From positions 1-61,953 of the IMG/VR virus record IMGVR_UViG_3300045135_003620: DNA of 61,953 nucleotides. The stretch is one strand, 5' to 3'. Positions 18,359 to 27,418 of this stretch are shown here, in pieces; position 1 is the first letter of the stretch; every line of letters begins with the position of its first letter. The notes below the pieces were generated by a model. That model searched no databases, was not told the origin of the DNA, and was given only the letters and a program-made list of their open reading frames with translations. The position numbers and the translations under genes are program-made. The DNA is from a virus (lineage: Duplodnaviria > Caudoviricetes).

Positions 18359-19637
18359 GCCTTGGTTGTCGCAAAGCATCGAGGCGTGGCCGACCAGCAA
18401 GTTAACTCCCTATGCGCGCAACGCGAGAACACACTCGGCTGATCAAGTCTCGCAGATCGCTGCGTCGATCGTTGAGTTTGGATTTACCAATCCCATTCTG
18501 GCAGGCTCCGATGGCATCATCGTAGCGGGCCATGGACGATTGGCCGCTGCCCAAAAGCTCGGACTGGATACGGTTCCGGTAGTGGTCCTTGATCACTTGA
18601 GCCCAGCGCAACGCAAAGCGCTGATCATCGCCGATAACAAAATCGCTGCCAACGCGGGCTGGGATGAAGAACTGCTTCGCATCGAATTGCAGGATTTATT
18701 GGAGGACGGTTACAACCTCGACCTCGTTGGCTTTGATCCCGATGAACTGGCCGACATTCTCGCTGGAGAAGAGCCTGATATCTCAGGCCTAGGTGATGAA
18801 GATACCGCTCCAGAAGTGGCTGACACCATCATTTCAACACCCGGTGATGTTTGGATCATGGGCAAACACAGACTTCTCTGCGGTGACTCCACCGATGCGG
18901 CTAACTACGAGATCCTGATGGCGGGGGCACCTGCGAACCTTATCTTTTGTGATCCGCCTTACAACGTGGACTATGCCAATACCGCCAAAGACAAACAGCG
19001 TGGCACCCATCGACCCATTATGAACGATAACCTAGGTGATGGATTCTATGACTTCTTGCTCGCGGCATTTAAACCGATGCTGGCTCATTGCGAGGGAGGC
19101 GTGTACATCGCCATGTCATCGAGTGAGCTTGATACTCTGCAGGCAGCCTTTCGCGAAGCCGGCGGCAAATGGTCTACGTTTATCATTTGGGCCAAGAACA
19201 CATTCACCCTTGGCCGTGCTGACTACCAACGGCAGTATGAGCCCATCTTGTACGGCTGGCCAGAAGGCAAAAACCGTCACTGGTGTGGCGCCCGAGATCA
19301 AGGCGACGTATGGAACATCAAGAAGCCTGCTAAGAACGATCTGCACCCCACGATGAAACCCGTGGAGTTAGTCGAGCGCGCCATCCGCAACTCAAGCCGC
19401 CCCGGCGATGTGGTACTCGATTCGTTTGGTGGTTCTGGCACTACTTTAATCGCTGCAGAGAAAACGGGACGCCAGGCTCGCCTCATTGAGCTTGACCCCA
19501 AATACGCCGATGTCATCGTTCGGCGCTGGCAAACCTACAGTGGCGGTCAAGCAACGCGAGAAAGCGACGGTGCAGTGTTTGATGAATTGCAAGGTGAGAC
19601 CATCATCGACTCGACGGCCTCCGCCGAATATCTTTAA
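18351..19637 (+). CDS. ParB-N domain plus N6A/N4C DNA methyltransferase
   Basis: PYARNARTH...IVAGHGRL (ParB), HRLLCGDS, DPPY, HPTMKP and DSFGGSGTT. Confidence 0.92.
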   Translation: MSEPWLSQSIEAWPTSKLTPYARNARTHSADQVSQIAASIVEFGFTNPILAGSDGIIVAGHGRLAAAQKLGLDTVPVVVLDHLSPAQRKALIIADNKIAANAGWDEELLRIELQDLLEDGYNLDLVGFDPDELADILAGEEPDISGLGDEDTAPEVADTIISTPGDVWIMGKHRLLCGDSTDAANYEILMAGAPANLIFCDPPYNVDYANTAKDKQRGTHRPIMNDNLGDGFYDFLLAAFKPMLAHCEGGVYIAMSSSELDTLQAAFREAGGKWSTFIIWAKNTFTLGRADYQRQYEPILYGWPEGKNRHWCGARDQGDVWNIKKPAKNDLHPTMKPVELVERAIRNSSRPGDVVLDSFGGSGTTLIAAEKTGRQARLIELDPKYADVIVRRWQTYSGGQATRESDGAVFDELQGETIIDSTASAEYL

Positions 19638-20140
19638 AAAAACAAACTAGAATCTTTAGCGATTTGGTTCAATCGGTCTAAGCCACCTTGCGCCTCATCA
19701 AGCAACTGGGCCCAATCATCAGGCGGATGGCCGGACTGCAACATTTTTTCAAAAACTCTGTAGGCATCCGATTTGCTGCCGTAGGCGCGCTTATTCTTCT
19801 CATCATTGACCCATGCGTACACAATAATTTTCGAGGCTGAATCAAAGCGAAAAAAGAGTCGGTACTGTTGGAAAAACTTCGCTCGGAACCAATGTTTATG
19901 CTCAGCTCCAAGCGTATTACCCTGACGATACTCCGGCAAAGAGGGGTCTTGAGGTATCACCTCAAATGCCAGTTTTGAAATAGCAGCGAGGCGTTTACTA
20001 CTATTTTTTTTGACGAAATTCTCAGGGTCCTTCTTTCGAAGCTCTTCAGTTTTTGAAATCAGAATATCTAGCTCATCGAGAAACAGCGGATGAACATAAA
20101 TTGTCCAGCCGTGTACAACCAAATTGGATTTTTCAGACAA
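19634..20140 (-). CDS. yhaV: YhaV-family toxin (RelE superfamily RNase)
   Basis: YRQGNTLGAEHKHWFRAKFFQQYRLFFRF...AWVNDE..KRAYGSKSDAY..F..ML..GHPPDDW. Confidence 0.92.
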   Translation of the reverse strand: MSEKSNLVVHGWTIYVHPLFLDELDILISKTEELRKKDPENFVKKNSSKRLAAISKLAFEVIPQDPSLPEYRQGNTLGAEHKHWFRAKFFQQYRLFFRFDSASKIIVYAWVNDEKNKRAYGSKSDAYRVFEKMLQSGHPPDDWAQLLDEAQGGLDRLNQIAKDSSLFF

Positions 20141-20142
20141 AA

Positions 20143-20472
20143 CTATTCGTCCTCATCATCCAACGGGGCATCAAGGTCAACTTCAATACCACCGACCAGC
20201 CCTTGGATTCGAGAAGCCAGTTCCGGCGTTGCTGCTCTGAGGCGCTCTGGATGTCGTTGAATATCATTCGCCAAGAACGATAGGAAGCTGCCTAAAACGG
20301 GATCCTGATCGTTCATATCAGCACGGGACAATAAAACGCTACCATCAGGCTGAATGGTATAACGGATTTTTTCACGCTTACCCAGGTGCAATGCTTTACG
20401 CACGGCATCAGGAACTGTTGTTTGATAACGGTCAGTCAACGTAGATTCGGTAATCAATAAGGAATTCGCCAT
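20143..20472 (-). CDS. prlF: PrlF (SohA) family antitoxin
   Basis: ESTLTDRYQTTVPDAVRKALHL (AbrB fold), DPVLGSFLSFLANDI, VDLDAPL; directly upstream of yhaV. Confidence 0.92.
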   Translation of the reverse strand: MANSLLITESTLTDRYQTTVPDAVRKALHLGKREKIRYTIQPDGSVLLSRADMNDQDPVLGSFLSFLANDIQRHPERLRAATPELASRIQGLVGGIEVDLDAPLDDEDE

Positions 20473-20505
20473 GTTGCATTACTCCGCAATGTATCTTTTT
20501 AATAA

Positions 20506-20534
20506 AAGGTAATGCATTTGCATTGCCGTGTCAA
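20506..20534 (-). promoter_or_regulatory. prlF-yhaV promoter with overlapping palindromic operator
   Basis: Minus strand TTGACA-17 nt-TACCTT; palindrome GGTAATGCA-TT-TGCATTGCC (20508-20527) covers the spacer. Confidence 0.7.
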
Positions 20535-20538
20535 TGTC

Positions 20539-20799
20539 TTAGAGTTCTCGAATCCCGGCCAGTACCAACCGCAGCACCGCATTATGCCAACCGGCTCGGT
20601 AAACACACTCACCGAGCTTTCGGTCATTGCGAAGCGACACAACCAGATCCGGTAACTCAGCCTGCATGGCCTTATAGACCCGTTGTTTAGTCGACGTATC
20701 GACCATAGCAAATCTCGGCATCAGCTCAGTCAGTGACGCTATGCCGGCACTGAGTAAGGGGTCAGTAATTTCTGCTTTAAGAACGGCATTCATGGTCAC
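20539..20799 (-). CDS. Hypothetical protein
   Basis: 86 aa, AGGAG RBS, coupled to the DUF3489 gene. Confidence 0.55.
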   Translation of the reverse strand: MTMNAVLKAEITDPLLSAGIASLTELMPRFAMVDTSTKQRVYKAMQAELPDLVVSLRNDRKLGECVYRAGWHNAVLRLVLAGIREL

Positions 20800-21104
20800 T
20801 CTCCTGGTGATTTAAGGATGCGGTAGGTGCGATCAGCGCCTTCGGATTTAACCGACTCAATCTGTAAGCCGAGTCGCTTCTTGAGGGTGCCTGACATCGC
20901 ACCTCTCACCGTGTGTTGTTGCCAGCCAGTGGCTTCCATGAGCTCGGCAATACTCGCCCCCTCGGGTCGCTTGAGTAGGGCAATCATCTGTTGCTGTTTA
21001 CTCCTCGACTTGGATGCTTTGATTGGCTTTAGTGATTTCGGTTGAACGAACACCGGAATATCATCAACATCAAGTTTGCTTAAATCAGACATCAGGCACC
21101 TCAC
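20796..21104 (-). CDS. DUF3489 domain protein (wHTH)
   Basis: SKQQQMIALLKRPEGASIAELMEATGWQQHTVRGAMSGTLKKRLGL. Confidence 0.88.
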   Translation of the reverse strand: MRCLMSDLSKLDVDDIPVFVQPKSLKPIKASKSRSKQQQMIALLKRPEGASIAELMEATGWQQHTVRGAMSGTLKKRLGLQIESVKSEGADRTYRILKSPGE

Positions 21105-21379
21105 ATAAACATCGTTGAAGCCGGCGCAACCTGCGCGACAGGCGTCAGCGGTCCGGATTTATTGGTGCGTGGTTTGGTCATCCGCCGATCGGCGCGACGC
21201 CCCGCATCAAAGGCGGCGAGCAGGGCCTGCTTGAGGCTCCAGACACTGACCTCGTGGAAGTCGAGGCTATCGCTATTGCGTGTTTCAAGGGACTCGATTG
21301 CCAAGTGGTCTTGAGCAATAAACTCCAGTAGCAGGTCGATCTCGGGCTGGGACAGTGTGGGTATTTTCTTGAGTGACAT
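21101..21379 (-). CDS. DUF6900-like protein
   Basis: IAQDHLAIESLETRNSDSLDFHEVSVWSLKQALLAAFDAG. Confidence 0.75.
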   Translation of the reverse strand: MSLKKIPTLSQPEIDLLLEFIAQDHLAIESLETRNSDSLDFHEVSVWSLKQALLAAFDAGRRADRRMTKPRTNKSGPLTPVAQVAPASTMFM

Positions 21380-21412
21380 AATTGATACTCCGTTGGTGGA
21401 TTGTGCGTTGAT

Positions 21413-21625
21413 TTACTCAGCGTGCTCGCCTTCACCGAAGGTAAAGTCGACAATGATTTGCAGTTGTTCCTCGATGTAGCCAAGCGAGCCGGCATCACCC
21501 CAGGTGACCTTGTCAGGATCCGTATCAAAATGGTTATCGCTGGCTTCTTGCAGACGTTTAAGCATCGCATCGATGTGATGTTTGCGGGCTAGGAAGGCGC
21601 TCAGGGCTTGGTCTTTATTGGTCAT
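21413..21625 (-). CDS. Small conserved phage protein
   Basis: ALSAFLARK..IDAMLKRLQ..SDNHF...PDKVTWGDAGSL; first gene of the leftward mini-operon. Confidence 0.7.
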   Translation of the reverse strand: MTNKDQALSAFLARKHHIDAMLKRLQEASDNHFDTDPDKVTWGDAGSLGYIEEQLQIIVDFTFGEGEHAE

Positions 21626-21659
21626 GTTAGCTGGTCCGTGATGTGCTTAACGTGATGAC

Positions 21660-21690
21660 ATGTACGCTTCCTTCGGGATGCTTATCAACT
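21660..21690 (-). promoter_or_regulatory. Bipartite motif copy 2 (AGTTGA-N16-AGCGTACAT) upstream of the DUF3489 operon
   Basis: Matches 4100..4130 in boxes and spacing; 35 nt upstream of the 21625 start. Confidence 0.5.
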
Positions 21691-21733
21691 CAATTCTGCT
21701 TAATTTCAATCAACAACACAGTTGGACAGGTCT

Positions 21734-22285
21734 ATGGGAATTTCCATACGGGCCTATGCGCGCCATCGCGGCGTGTCGCATGTAGCGGTCAAAAAGGCCA
21801 TCGACACTGGCCGAATTACACCGCTGTCCGATGGCACCATCGACCCCGAAACAGCCGACCGAGAGTGGGCTCAAAACACAACAACACCGCGTAGCAAGGC
21901 GGCGACCGAGACTGCTAAAAAACTGCAGCAACCCGCGCCGACCATCATGCGCACACAGGAACCCACAGAGTCATTCGTGGGTACGCCATCGACCAGCACA
22001 TCGTTGGTACAGGCCCGCACGGCTAACGAAGTCGTTAAAGCGCAAACCAACAAGATCCGTCTGGCGCAGCTTAAGGGTGAACTGGTCGATCGTTCGCAAG
22101 CGGTCGCCCATGTATTCAAACTGGCGCGAGCCGAGCGCGATGCTTGGTTGAATTGGCCGGCGCGTGTTTCTTCGCAAATGGCCGCTGAGCTTGGTGTGGA
22201 TTCGCATCTCATGCACGTCACCCTTGAGAAAGCGGTGCGAGAACAATTGATCGATTTGGGCGATCTCAAACCCAAGGTGGACTAG
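21734..22285 (+). CDS. Probable terminase small subunit (Nu1-like)
   Basis: N-terminal HTH SIRAYARHRGVSHVAVKKAI and coiled coil ARTANEVVKAQ...LKGELVDR; immediately upstream of GpA. Confidence 0.8.
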   Translation: MGISIRAYARHRGVSHVAVKKAIDTGRITPLSDGTIDPETADREWAQNTTTPRSKAATETAKKLQQPAPTIMRTQEPTESFVGTPSTSTSLVQARTANEVVKAQTNKIRLAQLKGELVDRSQAVAHVFKLARAERDAWLNWPARVSSQMAAELGVDSHLMHVTLEKAVREQLIDLGDLKPKVD

Positions 22286-22287
22286 CC

Positions 22288-24252
22288 ATGACCGATTTTT
22301 ATGATGGCTGGGAAGCCATAGAGCAAGCCTGGTCGGAAGGATTAACGCCCGATCCATTGCTGACCGTGTCCGAGTGGGCAGACACCCACAGAATATTATC
22401 TAGCAAAGCAGCTTCCGAGCCGGGTCGCTGGCGAACCAGTCGCACACCGTATCTGCAAGAGATTATGGATTGCCTGTCACCCATGTCACCTGTTGAACGT
22501 GTGGTGTTTATGAAAGGTGCGCAGGTAGGCGGTACTGAGATGGGCCTTAACTGGATAGGCTACGTCATCAACCACGCCCCTGGTCCGATGATGGCTGTGT
22601 GGCCCACGGTAGAGATGGCCAAGCGGGCCTCCAAACAACGCATCGATGCGCTGATTGAAGAAAGTCCTGCGATCAAAGAACGGATTGCACCAGCGCGCAG
22701 TCGCGATGCGGGGAACACGATCCTGAGTAAAGAATTCAATGGTGGCGTAGTGGTGATGACCGGTGCTAACAGCGCGGTCGGTCTTCGCTCCATGCCGGTA
22801 CGCTACTTGTTTCTCGATGAAGTTGATGGTTATCCCCTCGACGTTGAAGGCGAAGGCGATGCCATTTCGCTAGCTGAAGCACGGACACGCACCTTTGCAC
22901 GTCGCAAGATGCTGATTGTCTCAACACCAACGCTGGCTGGCGTCAGCGCAATTGAACGCGAATACGAGTCGAGCGACCAACGGCGTTACTTTCTACCTTG
23001 CCCGCATTGCGAACACCGTCAATGGTTGCGCTTTGAACAACTGCGTTGGGAGCGGGGTCAACCGGAAACCGCACAATACATCTGCGAATCTTGTAGCAAA
23101 GGCATTGCTGAACACCACAAAACAACGATGCTTTCCCAAGGTGAGTGGCGCGCCTGTGCACCCGAGCAATCGGGTCGCACGGCAGGATTTCATCTCAGTA
23201 GTTTATACAGCCCCGTTGGCTGGCGCAGCTGGGCCGAAATCGCTGCAGCATGGGAGCTGGCGGCTATATCCGAGAGTCGATCCACCTCGGCCATCAAAAC
23301 CTTTAAAAACACCGAACTTGGGGAAACCTGGGTTGAAGAAGGTGAATCCCCCGACTGGCAGCGCTTGCTGGAGCGTCGGGAGGACTATCGAATCGGCACC
23401 ATACCAGAGGGCGGCATATTGTTGACCGCCGGTGCCGACATCCAAAAAGATCGCATCGAAGTGTCCGTTTGGGCATTCGGGCGCAACAAGGCGAGTTGGT
23501 TAGTCGAGCACCGTATTCTGATGGGCGATACCGCCCGCAACGAAGTGTGGTCGGAACTGGGACAACTACTCGGCGAACGCTGGACCCACAGCAGCGGCAA
23601 TCTCATCGACCTGAAACGATTGGCCATTGATACCGGCTTTGCCACTCAAGAGGCCTACAGTTTTGTACGCAAGCTGCGCAACCCTAAAGTCATCCCAGTT
23701 AAAGGGGTGCCTAGAGGGGCTGCACTGATCGGCACGCCATCTGCGGTGGATGCCAACCAGAGTGGCAAGAAGCTGCGCCGCGGAGTGAAAGTATTTCCCG
23801 TCGCCGGCGGCATTGCCAAGTTAGAGCTCTACAACAACCTGCGCAAAACACCGGATATCGATGAAGTTACGGGTGAACTCACTTACCCCGACGGTTATGT
23901 GCATCTACCCAAGGTTGATGCCGAGTATCTGCAACAGCTGTGTGCCGAGCAATTGGTGACCAAGCGTGACCGTAACGGCTTCGCCAAACGCGAATGGCAA
24001 AAGATGCGCGAGCGCAACGAAGCGCTGGACTGTTATGTCTACGCCAGAGCTGCGGCTACCTCGGCAGGTTTGGATCGATTTGAAGAGCGGCACTGGATTG
24101 AGCTGGAATTGCAATTGGGCATCCGGCACAAGCCGCAAGAAATCGAAGTCCAGACACTGGAAGTGGAGCCGAGCGTCGACGATACGCAGATCACCAGCAA
24201 CAAAATCCCAAGGCAACCACGCAAGATAGTTCGAAGTCGCTGGCTGACCTAA
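22288..24252 (+). CDS. Terminase large subunit, lambda GpA family
   Basis: MKGAQVGGTE Walker A, LFLDEVDGY, VSTPT, CPHC/CESC, LTAGADIQKDRIE and RNEALDCYVYA. Confidence 0.96.
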   Translation: MTDFYDGWEAIEQAWSEGLTPDPLLTVSEWADTHRILSSKAASEPGRWRTSRTPYLQEIMDCLSPMSPVERVVFMKGAQVGGTEMGLNWIGYVINHAPGPMMAVWPTVEMAKRASKQRIDALIEESPAIKERIAPARSRDAGNTILSKEFNGGVVVMTGANSAVGLRSMPVRYLFLDEVDGYPLDVEGEGDAISLAEARTRTFARRKMLIVSTPTLAGVSAIEREYESSDQRRYFLPCPHCEHRQWLRFEQLRWERGQPETAQYICESCSKGIAEHHKTTMLSQGEWRACAPEQSGRTAGFHLSSLYSPVGWRSWAEIAAAWELAAISESRSTSAIKTFKNTELGETWVEEGESPDWQRLLERREDYRIGTIPEGGILLTAGADIQKDRIEVSVWAFGRNKASWLVEHRILMGDTARNEVWSELGQLLGERWTHSSGNLIDLKRLAIDTGFATQEAYSFVRKLRNPKVIPVKGVPRGAALIGTPSAVDANQSGKKLRRGVKVFPVAGGIAKLELYNNLRKTPDIDEVTGELTYPDGYVHLPKVDAEYLQQLCAEQLVTKRDRNGFAKREWQKMRERNEALDCYVYARAAATSAGLDRFEERHWIELELQLGIRHKPQEIEVQTLEVEPSVDDTQITSNKIPRQPRKIVRSRWLT

Positions 24253-24279
24253 TTCATTTCAACGTTAGAGGAAAACCCC

Positions 24280-24771
24280 ATGAGTTTACAAACCCGCATT
24301 GAGAGTTTGGTGGTTCGACTCGCCCAAGAGTTTAACGCCATCAACAGCAAAACTGGCAGTCTCGCAAGTCTGACGACTACCGATAAAACCAGCCTAGTTT
24401 CAGCCATCAACGAGCTGCAAACTGCGCTAGGTACACTGACCAGCATCGACGATGCCAATGTAGATCTGAGTACCACCTACTCCTCATCCAAAATTGTCAC
24501 GCTGCTGGACGCCCTCAAGGCTGAAATCTTAGGTGGCGCTGATGCAGCCTACGACACACTTCTCGAAATTCAGCAATTGCTGCAGGACGGTACTACTGGT
24601 CTTGATGCTTTGTTGGCATCTATCAACAAACGGGTACGCTTTGATGCGGCACAAACGCTGACTGCAGAAGAGCAGGCCCTAGCTCGCACCAATATCGGTG
24701 CAGTAGCGGCCAGTGACGTCGGCAATACCGATACTGACTTCGTCGTGATCTTTGAGGCATCGTTGACCTAA
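24280..24771 (+). CDS. Hypothetical virion protein (fibre-like)
   Basis: LTTTDKTSLVSAINEL, AYDTLLEI and EQALARTNIGA motifs, which are common in phage fibre proteins. Confidence 0.6.
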   Translation: MSLQTRIESLVVRLAQEFNAINSKTGSLASLTTTDKTSLVSAINELQTALGTLTSIDDANVDLSTTYSSSKIVTLLDALKAEILGGADAAYDTLLEIQQLLQDGTTGLDALLASINKRVRFDAAQTLTAEEQALARTNIGAVAASDVGNTDTDFVVIFEASLT

Positions 24772-25163
24772 TGAATCTGGTCGCGCGCATCGCTTCACTG
24801 ACCTCACGTATTGGCACTGAGGTGAAAAGCAAGATCACCGCTTCACACCCTGGTGTCGCAAAAGCTTGGGTGTGCTTTGGCGCGGTCGATACCCAAATGC
24901 TTATCCGTCGGGCGTTCAATGTCGCAAGCGTCACGCGTTTGGACAAGGGCCGCTACCGCATCAATTTCACCCAACCGATGCCCGATGCGAACTACTGTTT
25001 CACTGCCACCGCGCGAAGCGCCCGTGATAACGGTCAACAGCAAATCGCCATTGTGCGTGCAACGGCCGACCAAAAAACCACCCAATTCGTCGATCTTATA
25101 GTAGCCAGTAGTACTGCGGCCTTTGACGACTCCACCGAAATCAACCTCGTGGTATTTCACTGA
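24771..25163 (+). CDS. Hypothetical virion protein with fibre-tip-like domain
   Basis: AKAWVCFG...FNVASVTRLDKGRYRINFTQPMPDANY beta-rich motif. Confidence 0.6.
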   Translation: MNLVARIASLTSRIGTEVKSKITASHPGVAKAWVCFGAVDTQMLIRRAFNVASVTRLDKGRYRINFTQPMPDANYCFTATARSARDNGQQQIAIVRATADQKTTQFVDLIVASSTAAFDDSTEINLVVFH

Positions 25164-25384
25164 TGGCCTACTCACAAGAACAACTCGAAGCATTGGAACG
25201 TGCCCTCGCTACCGGCGAGCGTCGCGTGACGTTTCAGGATAAAACCATCGAATACCGTACCGTCGATGAACTGCAATCAGCCATCCAAACCGTTCGCAAA
25301 GGTTTGTTGAAACAAGCCGAAGAAACGGGCTTGTGGCCCGGATCACCTCGACAAATCCGCCTCACCAGCAGTAAAGGATTTTAA
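25163..25384 (+). CDS. Head-tail joining protein gpW-like
   Basis: LEALERALATGERRVTFQDKTIEYR; positioned before the portal. Confidence 0.85.
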   Translation: MAYSQEQLEALERALATGERRVTFQDKTIEYRTVDELQSAIQTVRKGLLKQAEETGLWPGSPRQIRLTSSKGF

Positions 25385-25386
25385 TC

Positions 25387-26868
25387 GTGGCGTGGTTTAA
25401 AACTATCCGCAAAGGTCTGTTTGGCGGCAAAACTACACCCACCTACGATGGCGTGGGTGGTGGCAGGCGTTCACTCTCATGGTTGGTTGGAAATCCCGGT
25501 GCTGTTGCGGCACTGACCTTTAGCCAGAATGAACTGCGCGCCAAAAGTCGTGATCTGGTTCGACGCAATCCCTGGGCGGCCGCAGGCGTCGAAGCCTTCG
25601 TGGCCAACGCCATCGGTACCGGCATCAAGCCCCAATCGATGCACAAAGATAACGCCGTGCGTGAAAGCATCCATGCCCTTTGGTGGAGTTGGTGCGAGGA
25701 AGCCGACAGTGCAGGTCTCACCGACTTCTATGGTCTGCAGAGCCTTGCATGCCGTGCCATGTTAGAAGGTGGCGAATGCCTGATTCGGCTTCGTTACCGA
25801 CAGGAGAAAGATGGCTTGCCGGTAGGACTTCAATTGCAGTTACTTGAGCCCGAACACTTACCCATCAATCTCAATAAAGATCTGCCCTCAGGCAATGTGA
25901 TTCGCGCCGGGATCGAGTTCGACAAAATCGGTCGACGCGTGGCCTATCACCTTTACAAACTGCATCCTGGCGATGGTACGTTGGCACCGATGTCCGGTGC
26001 AGGAAATCGTAATACCAGTATTGATACCGTGCGTGTTAAAGCCGACGAAGTCATCCATCTTTACCGACCACTGCGTCCCGGACAAATCCGCGGTGAACCC
26101 TGGCTAGCGCGAGCCTTGGTCAAACTCAATGAACTGGACCAATACGATGATGCCGAGTTGGTGCGCAAGAAAACCGCCGCCATGTTTGCAGGCTTCATCA
26201 CTCGTATGAATCCCGAGGACAATCTCCTAGGCGAAGGATTACCCGATGCTCATGGCGCAGCTTTGGCAGGTTTAGAGCCCGGCACCATGCAAATACTCGA
26301 GCCGGGCGAAGACATCAAATTCAGCCAACCCGCTGATGTGGGTGCCTCCTACTCGGACTTTTTACGCAATCAGTTTCGGGCAGTAGCAGCCGCCATGGGC
26401 ATCACCTATGAAATGCTCACCGGTGATCTCACACAGGTGAACTACTCATCAATTCGCGCAGGACTTCTTGAGTTTCGTAGGCGTTGCGAGTCAATCCAAC
26501 ACAGCGTGATCGTGCATCAACTCTGTCGCCCTATATGGAAAGCGTGGATGAACCAAGCGGTGCTCGAGGGCAAGCTACAACTTCCCCAGTACGCTGATCA
26601 ACCGCACACCTATCAAATGGTGAAGTGGATTCCACAAGGTTGGCAGTGGGTGGATCCCAAGAAAGAATTTGATGCCATGCTGACGGCCATTCGGGCGGGC
26701 CTTATGAGTCGCTCCGAAGCGATCTCTGCCTTCGGATATGACGCCGAGGACATTGATCAAGAGATCGCCGCCGACAACCAACGGGCCGATGACTTGGAAC
26801 TGATGTTTGACTCTGATCCACGTCAGGATGCGAACCGACGTGCAAGTAGCAACACGACGAGTCGTTAA
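25387..26868 (+). CDS. Portal protein, lambda family
   Basis: LRAKSRDLVRRN, RPGQIRGEPW, LTGDLTQVNYSSIRAGLLEF and WQWVDPKKE. Confidence 0.95.
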   Translation: MAWFKTIRKGLFGGKTTPTYDGVGGGRRSLSWLVGNPGAVAALTFSQNELRAKSRDLVRRNPWAAAGVEAFVANAIGTGIKPQSMHKDNAVRESIHALWWSWCEEADSAGLTDFYGLQSLACRAMLEGGECLIRLRYRQEKDGLPVGLQLQLLEPEHLPINLNKDLPSGNVIRAGIEFDKIGRRVAYHLYKLHPGDGTLAPMSGAGNRNTSIDTVRVKADEVIHLYRPLRPGQIRGEPWLARALVKLNELDQYDDAELVRKKTAAMFAGFITRMNPEDNLLGEGLPDAHGAALAGLEPGTMQILEPGEDIKFSQPADVGASYSDFLRNQFRAVAAAMGITYEMLTGDLTQVNYSSIRAGLLEFRRRCESIQHSVIVHQLCRPIWKAWMNQAVLEGKLQLPQYADQPHTYQMVKWIPQGWQWVDPKKEFDAMLTAIRAGLMSRSEAISAFGYDAEDIDQEIAADNQRADDLELMFDSDPRQDANRRASSNTTSR

Positions 26869-27143
26869 CGCTTCAAGTCGCGATAAAAGTTTTCGTGGGG
26901 ACCGATCGCTTCTAAATAAATTAACCGCGGCTGTTCATCCAAGGTGTAACCCAAAAGATACTGTTGACTTCCACTGTAGAATTTGTGAACTCGAAGCTGC
27001 GCCAAGTCACCTTTTTTCTGCTCGCCAAGCTCAGGATCTTTTGCAATCTCTTGTACTTCAATATCAACGTCAGCTTGGACATTTTTCTTCAGCTTTTTAT
27101 AGACGCGAGAAAACCTTCGCGTCTGAAGTACTTCCCACGTCAT
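26865..27143 (-). CDS. RelE/ParE family toxin
   Basis: QTRRFSRVYKKL...PELGEQKKGDL..LRVHKF...YLLGY...GPHENFYRDLK. Confidence 0.88.
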   Translation of the reverse strand: MTWEVLQTRRFSRVYKKLKKNVQADVDIEVQEIAKDPELGEQKKGDLAQLRVHKFYSGSQQYLLGYTLDEQPRLIYLEAIGPHENFYRDLKR

Positions 27144-27364
27144 GACTTGGATGACGGGATAAAGGGCGTCGCCTCGCTGCGTGGTTCAGACATTGCCATC
27201 AATGATTCAGCAATGAAATCAGCAGGCAAATCGGGGTTATCCAAAGCCGCTCTGCCGACTTTAGCCCAAAACTCTAATTGACCCTGTACGGTACGAAACT
27301 CTGCTTTCGCCGCAGAACGCGCTTGATTGACCAATTCGTCATCAAGCCTAACTGAAATGCTCAT
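27140..27364 (-). CDS. ParD-like (RHH) antitoxin
   Basis: SVRLDDELV..AR..AKAEFRTV.GQLEFWAKVGR...DNPDLP; AGGAGG RBS; coupled to the toxin. Confidence 0.85.
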   Translation of the reverse strand: MSISVRLDDELVNQARSAAKAEFRTVQGQLEFWAKVGRAALDNPDLPADFIAESLMAMSEPRSEATPFIPSSKS

Positions 27365-27380
27365 AAACACCTCCTATGTA

Positions 27381-27400
27381 TTTACCACAATTGTAGCAAA
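27381..27400 (-). promoter_or_regulatory. TA promoter/operator
   Basis: Imperfect palindrome TTTACCACAATTGTAGCAAA containing an extended -10 (TG-C-TACAAT) on the minus strand. Confidence 0.55.
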
Positions 27401-27418
27401 CCAAAAAGGAATCTGCCA

